In this document: in pieces, positions 25,879 through 35,153 of the stretch
Layout of the letters: each line of letters opens with the position of its first letter
How positions within the stretch are numbered: the stretch's first letter is position 1
IMG/VR virus record: IMGVR_UViG_3300033145_002015
Location: 1 to 64,000 of that record
Direction: 5' to 3' (one strand)
Source: a virus
Taxonomy: Duplodnaviria > Caudoviricetes
DNA: 64,000 nucleotides
Translations under genes and position numbers: made by a program
Notes under the pieces: model-generated
What the model was told of the DNA's origin: nothing
What the model saw: the letters and a program-made list of their open reading frames with translations, nothing else
Databases searched by the model: none

Positions 25879-26706
25879 TCAGCTTCGGAGCTTGTCTCTC
25901 CCCGCTATTTTGTTTATTTCCCGGACCAAATCCGGGCGTTTGAATACTATATGCAGATTGCCGTTCCTGAACCACTTCAGACTGAAGTAATCCGTCTCCG
26001 CAGTTCTTTGCTTCGCGCGTCGTGCTGTATAAATAATACCGCTCAAAGTATTGGGATAAGTCGGGACCCGTTTGCCGTCGAGCAAATGAAATACCCTGTC
26101 CAGAGCATTCAACTTATCTTCACGATAAACGTTTATACCATAATCCGTAACAACGTCACGAACAATCACCTTATCCTTAAGCCCCCAGCGGTTATTTTCG
26201 TTTGTCTTCAACTCATCTCGCCAAGGGCCGGGTCGGTATAAGTCAAAGACTTCTTTGACGGCCTCTTCAAGCACATTGTCGAATCCGCCCACGAACCCGT
26301 GGATAAGGTTGTGGATGTTCTCAGCAGTAAAATCTGGCAAGTCGCAATCCTGAATCTGACGATCCAGTTCTTCGCGTTTTTTGAGAGAAAGCATTTCCCG
26401 CAACTCTAGACGGCTGATGATATATTGCCACGCGCTCTGTTTCAGATGATTGAACGTGGGCTCAACAACATCATCACAATCACAGCTTCCTCGATAAGTA
26501 GTGAGAATGCCGCTGATGTCTCTGAGCAACCCTACTTGTTTGAGGCTGCTCTCGGCTTCCCGAAGCAGCTCAAAGGCTTCGGTGACCTTCTTCACGGCTT
26601 CGTTGTACGTCGCTTCCAGAGCGACCGCATTATTTCGGGGGATAATGTCGTGCATCACCTCCTCCCCATCAAAGATTAGCAAGTTCCTTCTGTAGCCGAC
26701 GCGCAA
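25879..26706 (-). CDS. DUF4942 domain protein
   Basis: LDRVFHLLDGK...ETDYFSLKWFRNGNLHIVFKRPDLV..IN. Confidence 0.8.
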   Translation of the reverse strand: MRVGYRRNLLIFDGEEVMHDIIPRNNAVALEATYNEAVKKVTEAFELLREAESSLKQVGLLRDISGILTTYRGSCDCDDVVEPTFNHLKQSAWQYIISRLELREMLSLKKREELDRQIQDCDLPDFTAENIHNLIHGFVGGFDNVLEEAVKEVFDLYRPGPWRDELKTNENNRWGLKDKVIVRDVVTDYGINVYREDKLNALDRVFHLLDGKRVPTYPNTLSGIIYTARRAKQRTAETDYFSLKWFRNGNLHIVFKRPDLVREINKIAGRDKLRS

Positions 26707-26866
26707 CCGCTTCCGCTACAGACCAGCCGCCGCTTACCTTTTCCTGCTTAGTACATCCGTCGGAAAGCCTGACTACCACCACCCGGTAATCCCATTTTCC
26801 GGCACTCATTTGTCCCGAAAGCGGGGTGATGAACGTCCTGAAATCCTTGTCAAATGCGTCGTTCAT
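26669..26866 (-). CDS. Small hypothetical protein
   Basis: RBS GAGAGG after promoter. Confidence 0.45.
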   Translation of the reverse strand: MNDAFDKDFRTFITPLSGQMSAGKWDYRVVVVRLSDGCTKQEKVSGGWSVAEAVARRLQKELANL

Positions 26867-26894
26867 GAAACACCTCTCTCATAGTTTTGGGATA

Positions 26895-26923
26895 AATATA
26901 TACTATAAAGGAAAATAGATCAA
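26895..26923 (-). promoter_or_regulatory. sigma70-like promoter
   Basis: TTGATC-17-TATATT. Confidence 0.6.
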
Positions 26924-26939
26924 GGGAAAAATCAACTCG

Positions 26940-27200
26940 TCACGATTCCGAATTGAAAAATTCATCCATTGACTCTGCGATCTCATCCCAATCAACTCTA
27001 TTCAGGGCGACGCGGATAAGCTCCCGCGGCAATCCAGATATATCCGACAACGTCAGATCTTCGATCATAGAACGAATGCTGTCTGCGTCTTTATCGAGAA
27101 AAGAATAGTATCGGTCCCGGTCGGACGTGAGCCATAGATGAACAGTCCACGTCTCCCGGTTTTTCCATCCCTGATAGCCCTCTTCCCGTTCTGCCTTCAT
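26940..27200 (-). CDS. Conserved phage protein (YxGWxNxETW family)
   Basis: YQGWKNRETWTVHLW...VDWDEIAE. Confidence 0.7.
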   Translation of the reverse strand: MKAEREEGYQGWKNRETWTVHLWLTSDRDRYYSFLDKDADSIRSMIEDLTLSDISGLPRELIRVALNRVDWDEIAESMDEFFNSES

Positions 27201-27215
27201 CGAACCCCTTCCCCA

Positions 27216-27779
27216 TCAATGCCTGACGAAAATCACATACTTGTTCCGCAGGCACTTGTGACAATGCACCATGCACTTAATTCTTTTATCTGGATAAGGA
27301 CATATTTCCCCGCTCCATCTCCAAGCCAACTCTTCGGCTTCTTCCCTTGTGGATGCCACGTTCTCCCGACCATCCGGCAGGATACTTTCCACCAAAGCGA
27401 AATTAGAAAGCATCTTCGGACGATAAGGGCTTTTAGTATAGGCCAAAAACTGCAAGTCCGACCGTCGCATAATTTCGGTCCACTTGTCAGCGTATTCCTG
27501 ACTGTAGAAATCGCCGGATTCATGGATCCGAAAGTATCGGACTCTCGGCGGAAGTTTTTTGATCCGCTTCACCATGACATCCACGAACCAAGAATGCTGA
27601 CTTGCCCACAAGTTCCGATACCGGGATCGGACCACGCTCCAATATATGTATTCGGCCTTCTTGGCATAACAATATCGAACGCACTCCTCGGTTTTCCCCG
27701 GGCACGTTTTCTCCGCCGGAAGATTGAAGATCGCAACGCTCTCGGGAAGTTTATGGTTCCCTAAAGATATAGTGATCAT
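27216..27779 (-). CDS. GP88-like protein
   Basis: GNHKL...FNLPA..TCPG...CYA, YFRIHESGDFYSQEY...W, AYTKS. Confidence 0.8.
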   Translation of the reverse strand: MITISLGNHKLPESVAIFNLPAEKTCPGKTEECVRYCYAKKAEYIYWSVVRSRYRNLWASQHSWFVDVMVKRIKKLPPRVRYFRIHESGDFYSQEYADKWTEIMRRSDLQFLAYTKSPYRPKMLSNFALVESILPDGRENVASTREEAEELAWRWSGEICPYPDKRIKCMVHCHKCLRNKYVIFVRH

Positions 27780-27803
27780 ACTTGAAATAGTAATATCGTT
27801 TTC

Positions 27804-28427
27804 TTAATCGATAATCTGTTCGACATTGACCGGGGTTACCTTCTCGAACGAGAGCTTGCCGCTGCCGTAAATGCAATAGCGGCCTCCCGCTTTACATTTG
27901 ACTAGGGCCTTTGGCATTCCGATAAGACGACTGTTTGACGGGAACTGCGCCCGCATAGCCTGATCCGCCGTCGCATAGACATAGAACCCTCCCCTATGTC
28001 CCCGACGTGGAGTTTCCCGTCGCTCTTTAAAAAGGATCCAGGAGGATCCGTCGAATACAGAATACATCCGACCATCTTCCCCCAGAGCGACTATCTTATA
28101 GGCCACTCCGTCGGGACACTTACGATTCGGTGGACGTCGATCACTCATCCGGGCCTCACCTTTTTCAGCTTCCGCCAGCAATCGGCAGTTATCCTCTCCT
28201 AACTTTTGCACGACTTTTTCGACGTGCTTTCTGGTTCGGCAATGATGGAGAAGGCTGTACGGCCACCTCCGACTAGGTACTCGAATCTTGCGACAGCAGG
28301 AACATTCTTCCGATTCGGAAGGATACCACCTACCATGACGGTCAAAAGTCCCTTCCGGATGCGACGCCCGACTCTTCCGAGCAGCATAAATTCGATCCAC
28401 GAATTCATTATTCTCTTGCCTAGTCAT
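27804..28427 (-). CDS. Two-domain hypothetical protein
   Basis: HPEGTFD..GRWYP...CC..IR.PSRRWPYS...HCRT..H, plus a C-terminal AYK...GGFYVY domain. Confidence 0.65.
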   Translation of the reverse strand: MTRQENNEFVDRIYAARKSRASHPEGTFDRHGRWYPSESEECSCCRKIRVPSRRWPYSLLHHCRTRKHVEKVVQKLGEDNCRLLAEAEKGEARMSDRRPPNRKCPDGVAYKIVALGEDGRMYSVFDGSSWILFKERRETPRRGHRGGFYVYATADQAMRAQFPSNSRLIGMPKALVKCKAGGRYCIYGSGKLSFEKVTPVNVEQIID

Positions 28428-28533
28428 CTTTTTCCTCTTTTTTGAAGCGGTTCACGATTTTTTCGACCACCCATCCTACGAATAGAAATAAAATGGCCGA
28501 AAGTTGGATGACTATCCACCTTTTCGTGATCAT
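28420..28533 (-). CDS. 37-aa single-pass membrane peptide (not in ORF track)
   Basis: MITKRWIVIQLSAILFLFVGWVVEKIVNRFKKEEKDD, first ORF after promoter. Confidence 0.45.
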   Translation of the reverse strand: MITKRWIVIQLSAILFLFVGWVVEKIVNRFKKEEKDD

Positions 28534-28585
28534 CTCTGGATATTCCGCCAAAGCACCACCCCCTTCCCATTCATTTTGGAATAAG

Positions 28586-28614
28586 ATTATATCTTAAATG
28601 TAAAAGGGGGTCAA
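28586..28614 (-). promoter_or_regulatory. sigma70 promoter
   Basis: TTGACC-17-TATAAT; palindrome at 28644 upstream. Confidence 0.85.
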
Positions 28615-28669
28615 GAAAAAAATCAACTACAGGGCGGGAGGGGCGCAATCAATTGCGCCCCGACTTGGA

Positions 28670-28930
28670 CTATCGAAGTTTCTTGGGGGGAACTAGGGTG
28701 GGCACTATCAACCCGCTTCCGGGGCGGGCGATGCTTGTTTTCCGCAACGATCCGTCTCCTGTTGCTTCTCCGGCAGCAGCCCTTTCAATAAAGAACCTAC
28801 CGACTGCAATCATCGCCTCCGTAAGCAGACGAACGGACTCGTGATATGACGCTGGAAAGTTTTCCAGAACCAACCGCCCATCGCTCATAATAGCTATCCC
28901 GACCTTCTTGATAACCTTCGCCTGCTCCAT
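28670..28930 (-). CDS. Hypothetical protein
   Basis: RBS AAGGAGG. Confidence 0.6.
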   Translation of the reverse strand: MEQAKVIKKVGIAIMSDGRLVLENFPASYHESVRLLTEAMIAVGRFFIERAAAGEATGDGSLRKTSIARPGSGLIVPTLVPPKKLR

Positions 28931-28968
28931 AACTAACCTCCTTCGACGTTCCTGTTACCGAAAACAGT

Positions 28969-29062
28969 AGTAATAACCCTCGAACTAATTTTTAACGCTC
29001 TAAAAATCGACAAGAAATCCAATGAAATGCATAGTAATAACCACCGACTGATTTTTTAACGC
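28969..29062 (-). repeat. Two copies of the bipartite AGTAATAAC motif
   Basis: Copies at 28969 and 29033. Confidence 0.8.
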
Positions 29063-29070
29063 TCTTTTTT

Positions 29071-31347
29071 TCAAACGATTCTCGCACGAAAACGCCTCCG
29101 TGCCGGCCTCGCTGATTTGGGTCTATTCTTTCGAGATCGTCGGGAACTACGCTCAGAAGAATCATGCGTTTCCTCCTGCCTGCGTCGGCGGAGAGCTTGC
29201 ATCGCCATAACTTCTTCTTCATCAAGAAGCATATCTTGCTCGTTTGAATCAGTGTCTTTTTGCTCTTCCTGTTCTATTTGTTCAGCGTCCGATTGAGCAG
29301 ATGTGCTGAGCCATTCCGGAAGCTGAAGATTCAATTCTTTCTGGCTGGCATAAGTAGCTCTGAGTTTGGTGAGATTGTAAACCACCCCGCAAACTGAATC
29401 AGCCAAGTCTTTGGATCCGTTTGGAGGATGATCCACTTTCGCATTCTCACGATCCAGTTCCAGCTCCCGCAATTCGGATAAGAGAACCGGATGCGGAGGA
29501 TATAATACCCGCTTCTGCCGCAAAGCCAGTTTGAAAGTCATATATGGATCTATGGATCGGTCCACGCTGATTCTTTTCGTAAAGATAGTACTGGTCTTTC
29601 TGACATTTTGCATAAGCTGGGCCGACTCGTATTTATCCATCGAAAGCCAGATGATCGGAATCCCCACCTTAGCCATGGCAAGAACCAGACCCTGAATTTT
29701 CTCAAGATCAATTTCTTCAGTTCGAGGCGGGACGACTTGAAGAATACCATCAATAAAAATGACTGGAGCCTTGATCCCCCGCATCGTTCGATAATTATCA
29801 GTGGCAGGGACATAATGCATGAGTTCGGCCTTGGGATTCAATCCCATCACTCTTCCGACAGCAATGCCGACGCTATTGGCAGTCAGAGCGGAATCGATAT
29901 GAATTGCGAATTCCGGTTCCCGCGTGAATCCGTGTGCGATCCAATTACGGATAAAAGTATCCACGTACTCATAATTGATTAACTGATCCAGATCGGTGCT
30001 GGAAATTTTATCCAAATCAATAGCATCATCGGTAAATAATTGCATCGGTTCCGGAACAATTCTTCTGTACGCAGTTATCGGCCATGTAATCCATTCACGA
30101 CTCGGGATAAATTGATGCCTTCGCACCCTCGGAATACCTGCAATATCTCGCAGGGCGGCGTCCATATCCTGTTCAAAATCCTGTTTATGCTCGATTGGAA
30201 CTTCAATTACATTCGATGGATCATCCGCTTCATCCATGGAGTTGATGATTCTGGCCTGTTTTCGCTCGTCTCCCAGATCGATCAGAAACATTTTTCCGGA
30301 ATATCGTCTGGAATCCAGCCTCCCGTCATCATATCGAAACGCTTCCCATTGAGGCATTGAAATATAAAGTACGGTTGGATTATTTTTGGCTTCAATTTCT
30401 TTCTGAGATGTGAAATCCCCAGGGTAATTGGCCGAAGAAACCAAAAATAATTTCCCCGGAAGGGTCCCCCCGGACTGTAAAAATCTCGATTTCATCCTGC
30501 GGAGGATGGTCAAATACAATTCTTTCGCCTTATCGTATTCATCTTCACCTCTTAATTCGGCCAATTTTGATTTTCTGGACCTTGCCATAAAATTTATTTC
30601 GTCAATACAGGCTGCAATTATGTTCATTCCCAGAGCAGAAGTGTCGCTTCCGCTTATTGGAAGGACGGAAATGTTATTTGGGAAGTGTAATTCAGTCGTA
30701 AAAGAAGGATCATACGGAAAAACGGACTTAAAATACGGGGAATTGATTATTTTTTCTCGAAAAGAGGAGAATAAAACCTTTTTTGCTAGAGTCAAGGTGA
30801 TTGATTGAAACGTCAAAACGATTGAAGATCCCGGAGCCAGGCCGAATTCAATTTGCGGATTATGATAACAGGACAGCAAATATAAGAAATATCCCATGGA
30901 AAGGTCGATTGTATAGTTCTTTCCCCATCCAATACTCCCAGAAAGCACAACCTCAATATACTGATTGGACTGAAAAATCTTATTTATTGCCCTTAAAACA
31001 CCTGGTCGGACTGCATCGGCCTGCCCCATATACTCAGGGGAACAGATAAACTCTTCCACCGAAACCGGTTGTCTGGCAAAACCACGATTTTGATAAAGAT
31101 AATCTGGATTGCTGGTCCTGATACTCGCAATCCAATTCTGATAAAAATCAATGATGTCTGCGACCCTGAAGTACCGCTTCCCGTTTTTTGTCCTCGATTC
31201 GACGGAGAAAATTACCCGTTCCATTTCCATCTGAAGACCTGCGGCCTCCCTGTGCGAAAGCTGCAGTTCTTCATTGGCGAGACGAACCAGATAATCCCGC
31301 ACGGATTCTTCGGAAATCCAAGAATCTCGTTGAGCTTTATTCGTCAT
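29071..31347 (-). CDS. terL: Terminase large subunit
   Basis: Walker A-like SGSIGWGKN, Walker B ACIDEINF, nuclease IHIDSA...DHPPNGSKDLADSV. Confidence 0.88.
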   Translation of the reverse strand: MTNKAQRDSWISEESVRDYLVRLANEELQLSHREAAGLQMEMERVIFSVESRTKNGKRYFRVADIIDFYQNWIASIRTSNPDYLYQNRGFARQPVSVEEFICSPEYMGQADAVRPGVLRAINKIFQSNQYIEVVLSGSIGWGKNYTIDLSMGYFLYLLSCYHNPQIEFGLAPGSSIVLTFQSITLTLAKKVLFSSFREKIINSPYFKSVFPYDPSFTTELHFPNNISVLPISGSDTSALGMNIIAACIDEINFMARSRKSKLAELRGEDEYDKAKELYLTILRRMKSRFLQSGGTLPGKLFLVSSANYPGDFTSQKEIEAKNNPTVLYISMPQWEAFRYDDGRLDSRRYSGKMFLIDLGDERKQARIINSMDEADDPSNVIEVPIEHKQDFEQDMDAALRDIAGIPRVRRHQFIPSREWITWPITAYRRIVPEPMQLFTDDAIDLDKISSTDLDQLINYEYVDTFIRNWIAHGFTREPEFAIHIDSALTANSVGIAVGRVMGLNPKAELMHYVPATDNYRTMRGIKAPVIFIDGILQVVPPRTEEIDLEKIQGLVLAMAKVGIPIIWLSMDKYESAQLMQNVRKTSTIFTKRISVDRSIDPYMTFKLALRQKRVLYPPHPVLLSELRELELDRENAKVDHPPNGSKDLADSVCGVVYNLTKLRATYASQKELNLQLPEWLSTSAQSDAEQIEQEEQKDTDSNEQDMLLDEEEVMAMQALRRRRQEETHDSSERSSRRSRKNRPKSARPARRRFRARIV

Positions 31348-32119
31348 CGAGTTCCACTACCTCAAAGACACCTTCCTGATTCTTCAATGTGTCTAAAAAC
31401 TTCTCGGATGCCGTCAACATCCGATCCATTCCAACAGATGTATCTATCTTCCGCCGGTGCATTTCCAGTCCCTGTTTGGCGAAACCGATATTCAATTGAT
31501 ACGGCTGCCTCGGATAAATTCCAAGCTCAATAGAATACTTCAGATAGGTGTCAACCAGTTCATTCAATACTTTCAATTCTTTATTGAGACCTTTAATTGG
31601 AACGCCTCCCCCGAGGCTCTGCTCTCGTTGATAAAATCCATCAATACGCTGGATTTGAATTTTGATTGCCTTACTCAGAGTATCCAAACCATCCACACGC
31701 TCTACGATTTTATCTACGATTTCCCGCTTCTTTGCCGTCCATTCGGCCAGCTCGGGCACGCTTTCAGCCTGGCCGAGAAGTCCTCCGAGTCTAGCCTCAT
31801 ATGCCATGATGGCTCTGGACACATGCCAAATCGTTAGATCAGTCAGCTTGCCAAAATCTTTCTGGATTTTATGGGCCAGTTCTTCATAGACAGGCTTGCC
31901 TCGTTGCTTTGCGCTCTTGAGACGTGCGGCTACCTGAAGCAATTCTTCGTCACCCAGCGCATCGAGAATACTTACGACACGTGCTCTCGATCCATCGGGG
32001 TTATACCGCATGGCTTTGCGAAGTTTGTAAAGAATTCCATTCCTGACTGCCCTATCCACGACCAGATCGGAAACTTGCCCGGTTTCTTCGACTGTTTGAA
32101 GCAATTCGTTTGATTCCAT
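31337..32119 (-). CDS. Putative terminase small subunit
   Basis: Helical protein overlapping the terL start; positional call only. Confidence 0.45.
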   Translation of the reverse strand: MESNELLQTVEETGQVSDLVVDRAVRNGILYKLRKAMRYNPDGSRARVVSILDALGDEELLQVAARLKSAKQRGKPVYEELAHKIQKDFGKLTDLTIWHVSRAIMAYEARLGGLLGQAESVPELAEWTAKKREIVDKIVERVDGLDTLSKAIKIQIQRIDGFYQREQSLGGGVPIKGLNKELKVLNELVDTYLKYSIELGIYPRQPYQLNIGFAKQGLEMHRRKIDTSVGMDRMLTASEKFLDTLKNQEGVFEVVELDDE

Positions 32120-32125
32120 AGGTTA

Positions 32126-33055
32126 CTATTGCCCTGCCGTTTCTTCCAGTCGATCCAAAAACTCTTGATTCAATTCCAAGTCCAAAGTTTTAGGTTCTGG
32201 TGTGTCGAGTTGATCTTTGAATTGCGTGATGAACTTCTCGGTCAATCCTTTTTTAATCAGAAGGCGAATCGCTGAAGATACAGTCACTTCATGCTGTTGG
32301 CAGAGAAGAAACTTTTCCTTGATAAGTTTGAAATCGGATGCCTTTTCCAGACGCACCCATAAATGCTGCTTCCCGCCAAAGTCGAAAATCATATAGTTAT
32401 AATCAAGACTGTCGCCATACTTTGAAAACAGCTTATTAAGAATCCGAGTCAGATCTTCCACCGATTTGATCTCGTGCTTAATCGCATCGAATTCCTTTTT
32501 GATCTTTCCTTCCAATCCAGCCGAGACATCCTCAACCAAGGATTCAAATTCCCTCGGCTCAGGAAAGGCCATGTTGTGTTCGATGTCAGGAATTGAGTAC
32601 CCCATATCCAGCAATTCCTGCACCAAAACCTGAAATTTCTTTTTATTGAGTTGCCCACGAAGGCGGTTCATTCTGACAGTCTGGAATCGTTGTTTCGTCT
32701 CATCAATATCTTCTTTGATGATGCATGGAATTTCAGTCGCATCGGTAAATAATTTAAGCCCTTGATACCGCTGCTCCCCATCAATGATTCGATACTTCCC
32801 GGTAGGAGTCCCGTCTGATCCTTTAATCGGAGTCACGAGAATCGGCTGAGCCATGCCGAGTTCATTCAGATTATCCACCAAGAAGTTGAACAAATCTTCC
32901 GACATTTCTGATGGATTCCATTCATTTGGAACCACATCATCAATGGGAAGCATCTTATATGGAAGATGCTCTACATGCTTCAACTCAATTTGTTCTTCTT
33001 CAGCCTGATTCTTGCTGATCTTTGCGTCTTCAGTTTGTTTCTTTTTTCGAGGCAT
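32126..33055 (-). CDS. ParB/Srx N-terminal-domain protein
   Basis: VVPNEWNP..M, L...GMAQPILV, YRIIDGEQRY, MNRLRG. Confidence 0.85.
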   Translation of the reverse strand: MPRKKKQTEDAKISKNQAEEEQIELKHVEHLPYKMLPIDDVVPNEWNPSEMSEDLFNFLVDNLNELGMAQPILVTPIKGSDGTPTGKYRIIDGEQRYQGLKLFTDATEIPCIIKEDIDETKQRFQTVRMNRLRGQLNKKKFQVLVQELLDMGYSIPDIEHNMAFPEPREFESLVEDVSAGLEGKIKKEFDAIKHEIKSVEDLTRILNKLFSKYGDSLDYNYMIFDFGGKQHLWVRLEKASDFKLIKEKFLLCQQHEVTVSSAIRLLIKKGLTEKFITQFKDQLDTPEPKTLDLELNQEFLDRLEETAGQ

Positions 33056-34550
33056 TGCGATTTCCTTTCTTCTTCGATTCGGGCCAGATCAATCTGGGCA
33101 CCGGAGAATCATAAGTATCTTGCCACCCTGCTCTCAACAGATCCACATAAACAGCGTAAAGAGCTGGTGCTCGCACCGTTCCTTCTTCATCGAATTTGAT
33201 CGTTCTCCCGATCTTCTTAAGTTGATGTCGAAAAGTTCCAAGATCAATATCCTTTCCTTCTTCTTTATAGGCATCCGCAAGCCGGAACATGGAATTGCGG
33301 AACGACCCAAACTTTGATTTCGTTACAGGCCCATTGGCCGGAGCGATGGGACATCCCGCTGTTCTGAATAGCTCCACCGCCCGCTTGATTCTTTTCCATT
33401 CTCGATCAAGCACAGCGGAACTGCTCTTATTCTGTTCGATCCAATTGCGTATCCATGACGATTGCTTGATGGCTTCATCATAATTCTTGTAGAAGTAGGT
33501 CAAAATCCGTAGCGCATCTGCTTTGTTCTTGTAGAACCAAGGAAAGTTGTCGGGAAGTACCGCCCTCGCCCATGGCCGATCAGGAAAGAGCACCAATCCA
33601 TTGAGAACATAAAGCTGCTCGATAAAACCCTTCGGTTCTCCTTCAGTCACTGAAGAACAAATGGCACAATGCGCTCTTGGCATGATCTTCAGATAACGTT
33701 CTTTGTCGCAGTTTTTCACGAATAGTTTCAAAAAGTTTTTCCGTCGATCAAAATCGGGAATAGTGGACTTGGAAAGCGTATCCTTCGGCTGAGTGATATA
33801 GCAGTCAACATCTCTCCCCATTTTTGTCAGCATTTCCATGAGCCAAAACGCTTCTTTGGCATTTTTGGCCCAGTTGAGACGGGCACCGAATAGAATTGAA
33901 AATCGCTTAAATTTGGGCGGCTGTTGGGCGACAATACGCTTCAGGCTTTCTACATCAATACCTCTCCCCGCCACCATGACATTCTTATCGTAGTTTTTAA
34001 GCATCGTTGCTGAAACGTGGCGACGCAAGAAATCACGAATGCGTTTGTTGTCATGCTCATTCATCACCCATACGTATGAATATGCATATGACATCGCACG
34101 CATCAGTCTTTCTGCCAACGGGAATGGATAATCAGAATCCACCCGCCAAGGCACCGGATCGTGGCTGAAAATCGGGATCGATCCACGCCTTCGCATATCA
34201 TTGATGGCTGTGGCCATCATGACCTGGCACGGAATCCTGGAAGCTATAATCGCATCCACCTGATACTTCCCGACACCAGTACCGAACATAGACCTCCACA
34301 AAGGCATATTAATATTCATGCTGTCTCTGTGGAAATCAATCAAATCTTCTCGAAGCCCTATGAAATGAGTATTTTTGGAAAGATCGCTGAGAAGTTCTCT
34401 TCCCTGATCAATCAAACCGATAGGCAGCAGAATATAGAAGAAACAAGGATGCTTGGCTGAATAATATCGCATGAGACTGGCGTAATGATGCCAGTCGGAA
34501 TCTCCATTCAGATTATTGATTCCAATGATCGGAACAATTAGAAGTCTCAT
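33030..34550 (-). CDS. GT-B fold glycosyltransferase (possibly DNA-modifying)
   Basis: LFGARLNWAKN, SSVTEGEPKGFIE (EX7E). Confidence 0.7.
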   Translation of the reverse strand: MRLLIVPIIGINNLNGDSDWHHYASLMRYYSAKHPCFFYILLPIGLIDQGRELLSDLSKNTHFIGLREDLIDFHRDSMNINMPLWRSMFGTGVGKYQVDAIIASRIPCQVMMATAINDMRRRGSIPIFSHDPVPWRVDSDYPFPLAERLMRAMSYAYSYVWVMNEHDNKRIRDFLRRHVSATMLKNYDKNVMVAGRGIDVESLKRIVAQQPPKFKRFSILFGARLNWAKNAKEAFWLMEMLTKMGRDVDCYITQPKDTLSKSTIPDFDRRKNFLKLFVKNCDKERYLKIMPRAHCAICSSVTEGEPKGFIEQLYVLNGLVLFPDRPWARAVLPDNFPWFYKNKADALRILTYFYKNYDEAIKQSSWIRNWIEQNKSSSAVLDREWKRIKRAVELFRTAGCPIAPANGPVTKSKFGSFRNSMFRLADAYKEEGKDIDLGTFRHQLKKIGRTIKFDEEGTVRAPALYAVYVDLLRAGWQDTYDSPVPRLIWPESKKKGNRNASKKETN

Positions 34551-34933
34551 ATAGATTTCCTCTTCCGACGAAGGAGCTTTCTAGACATCCGCTTCGATTT
34601 TTCGGGTCCATCGGGCATGATTTTAGGCATCAATTCCAATGTTATTTGTAGACGTTCCGGATATAACATTCTGTAATTGCAATTACCCATATTGTGATCA
34701 GCATATACGTCACTTGGAGAAGAGGGTATATACGTAACATCGGACACTCTAACAATATCATAGGCGTCAAAAAGTCGAAATATCTCGTTCTTAACATCAA
34801 TCTGGCTTAAAAGACGGTTTGGGGCATCAAAATTCATGGGTTTTCTCAGAACTCCTTTTTTGGCGAAGCACCTTCCTGATATGTCTTTCGCCAGAATTTG
34901 ATTTCTTCGATTCCATGCCACAATCAACGCCAA
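34547..34933 (-). CDS. Hypothetical protein
   Basis: 4-nt overlap with the GT gene. Confidence 0.5.
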   Translation of the reverse strand: MALIVAWNRRNQILAKDISGRCFAKKGVLRKPMNFDAPNRLLSQIDVKNEIFRLFDAYDIVRVSDVTYIPSSPSDVYADHNMGNCNYRMLYPERLQITLELMPKIMPDGPEKSKRMSRKLLRRKRKSI

Positions 34934-35153
34934 TTCTCGGAATCAATCGCAGTGTAAGTGTGAACCTTCCAGAAAGTGGCACTTTGCGATTGTACCCAGC
35001 ACTACCATCCGGCACATCTATTAGATCATTTTTTCTGGAGATCTCCGTAATATCGCATTGATCTAGAAGATCCCGCACCATTTTTTTGACCTCGGCTTGA
35101 TACATATTCCAACTACAATCTGTACTCACCCCGATGTGGCAGTATTCAGTCAT
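34827..35153 (-). CDS. Hypothetical protein
   Basis: 4-nt overlap with upstream gene. Confidence 0.4.
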   Translation of the reverse strand: MTEYCHIGVSTDCSWNMYQAEVKKMVRDLLDQCDITEISRKNDLIDVPDGSAGYNRKVPLSGRFTLTLRLIPRIGVDCGMESKKSNSGERHIRKVLRQKRSSEKTHEF

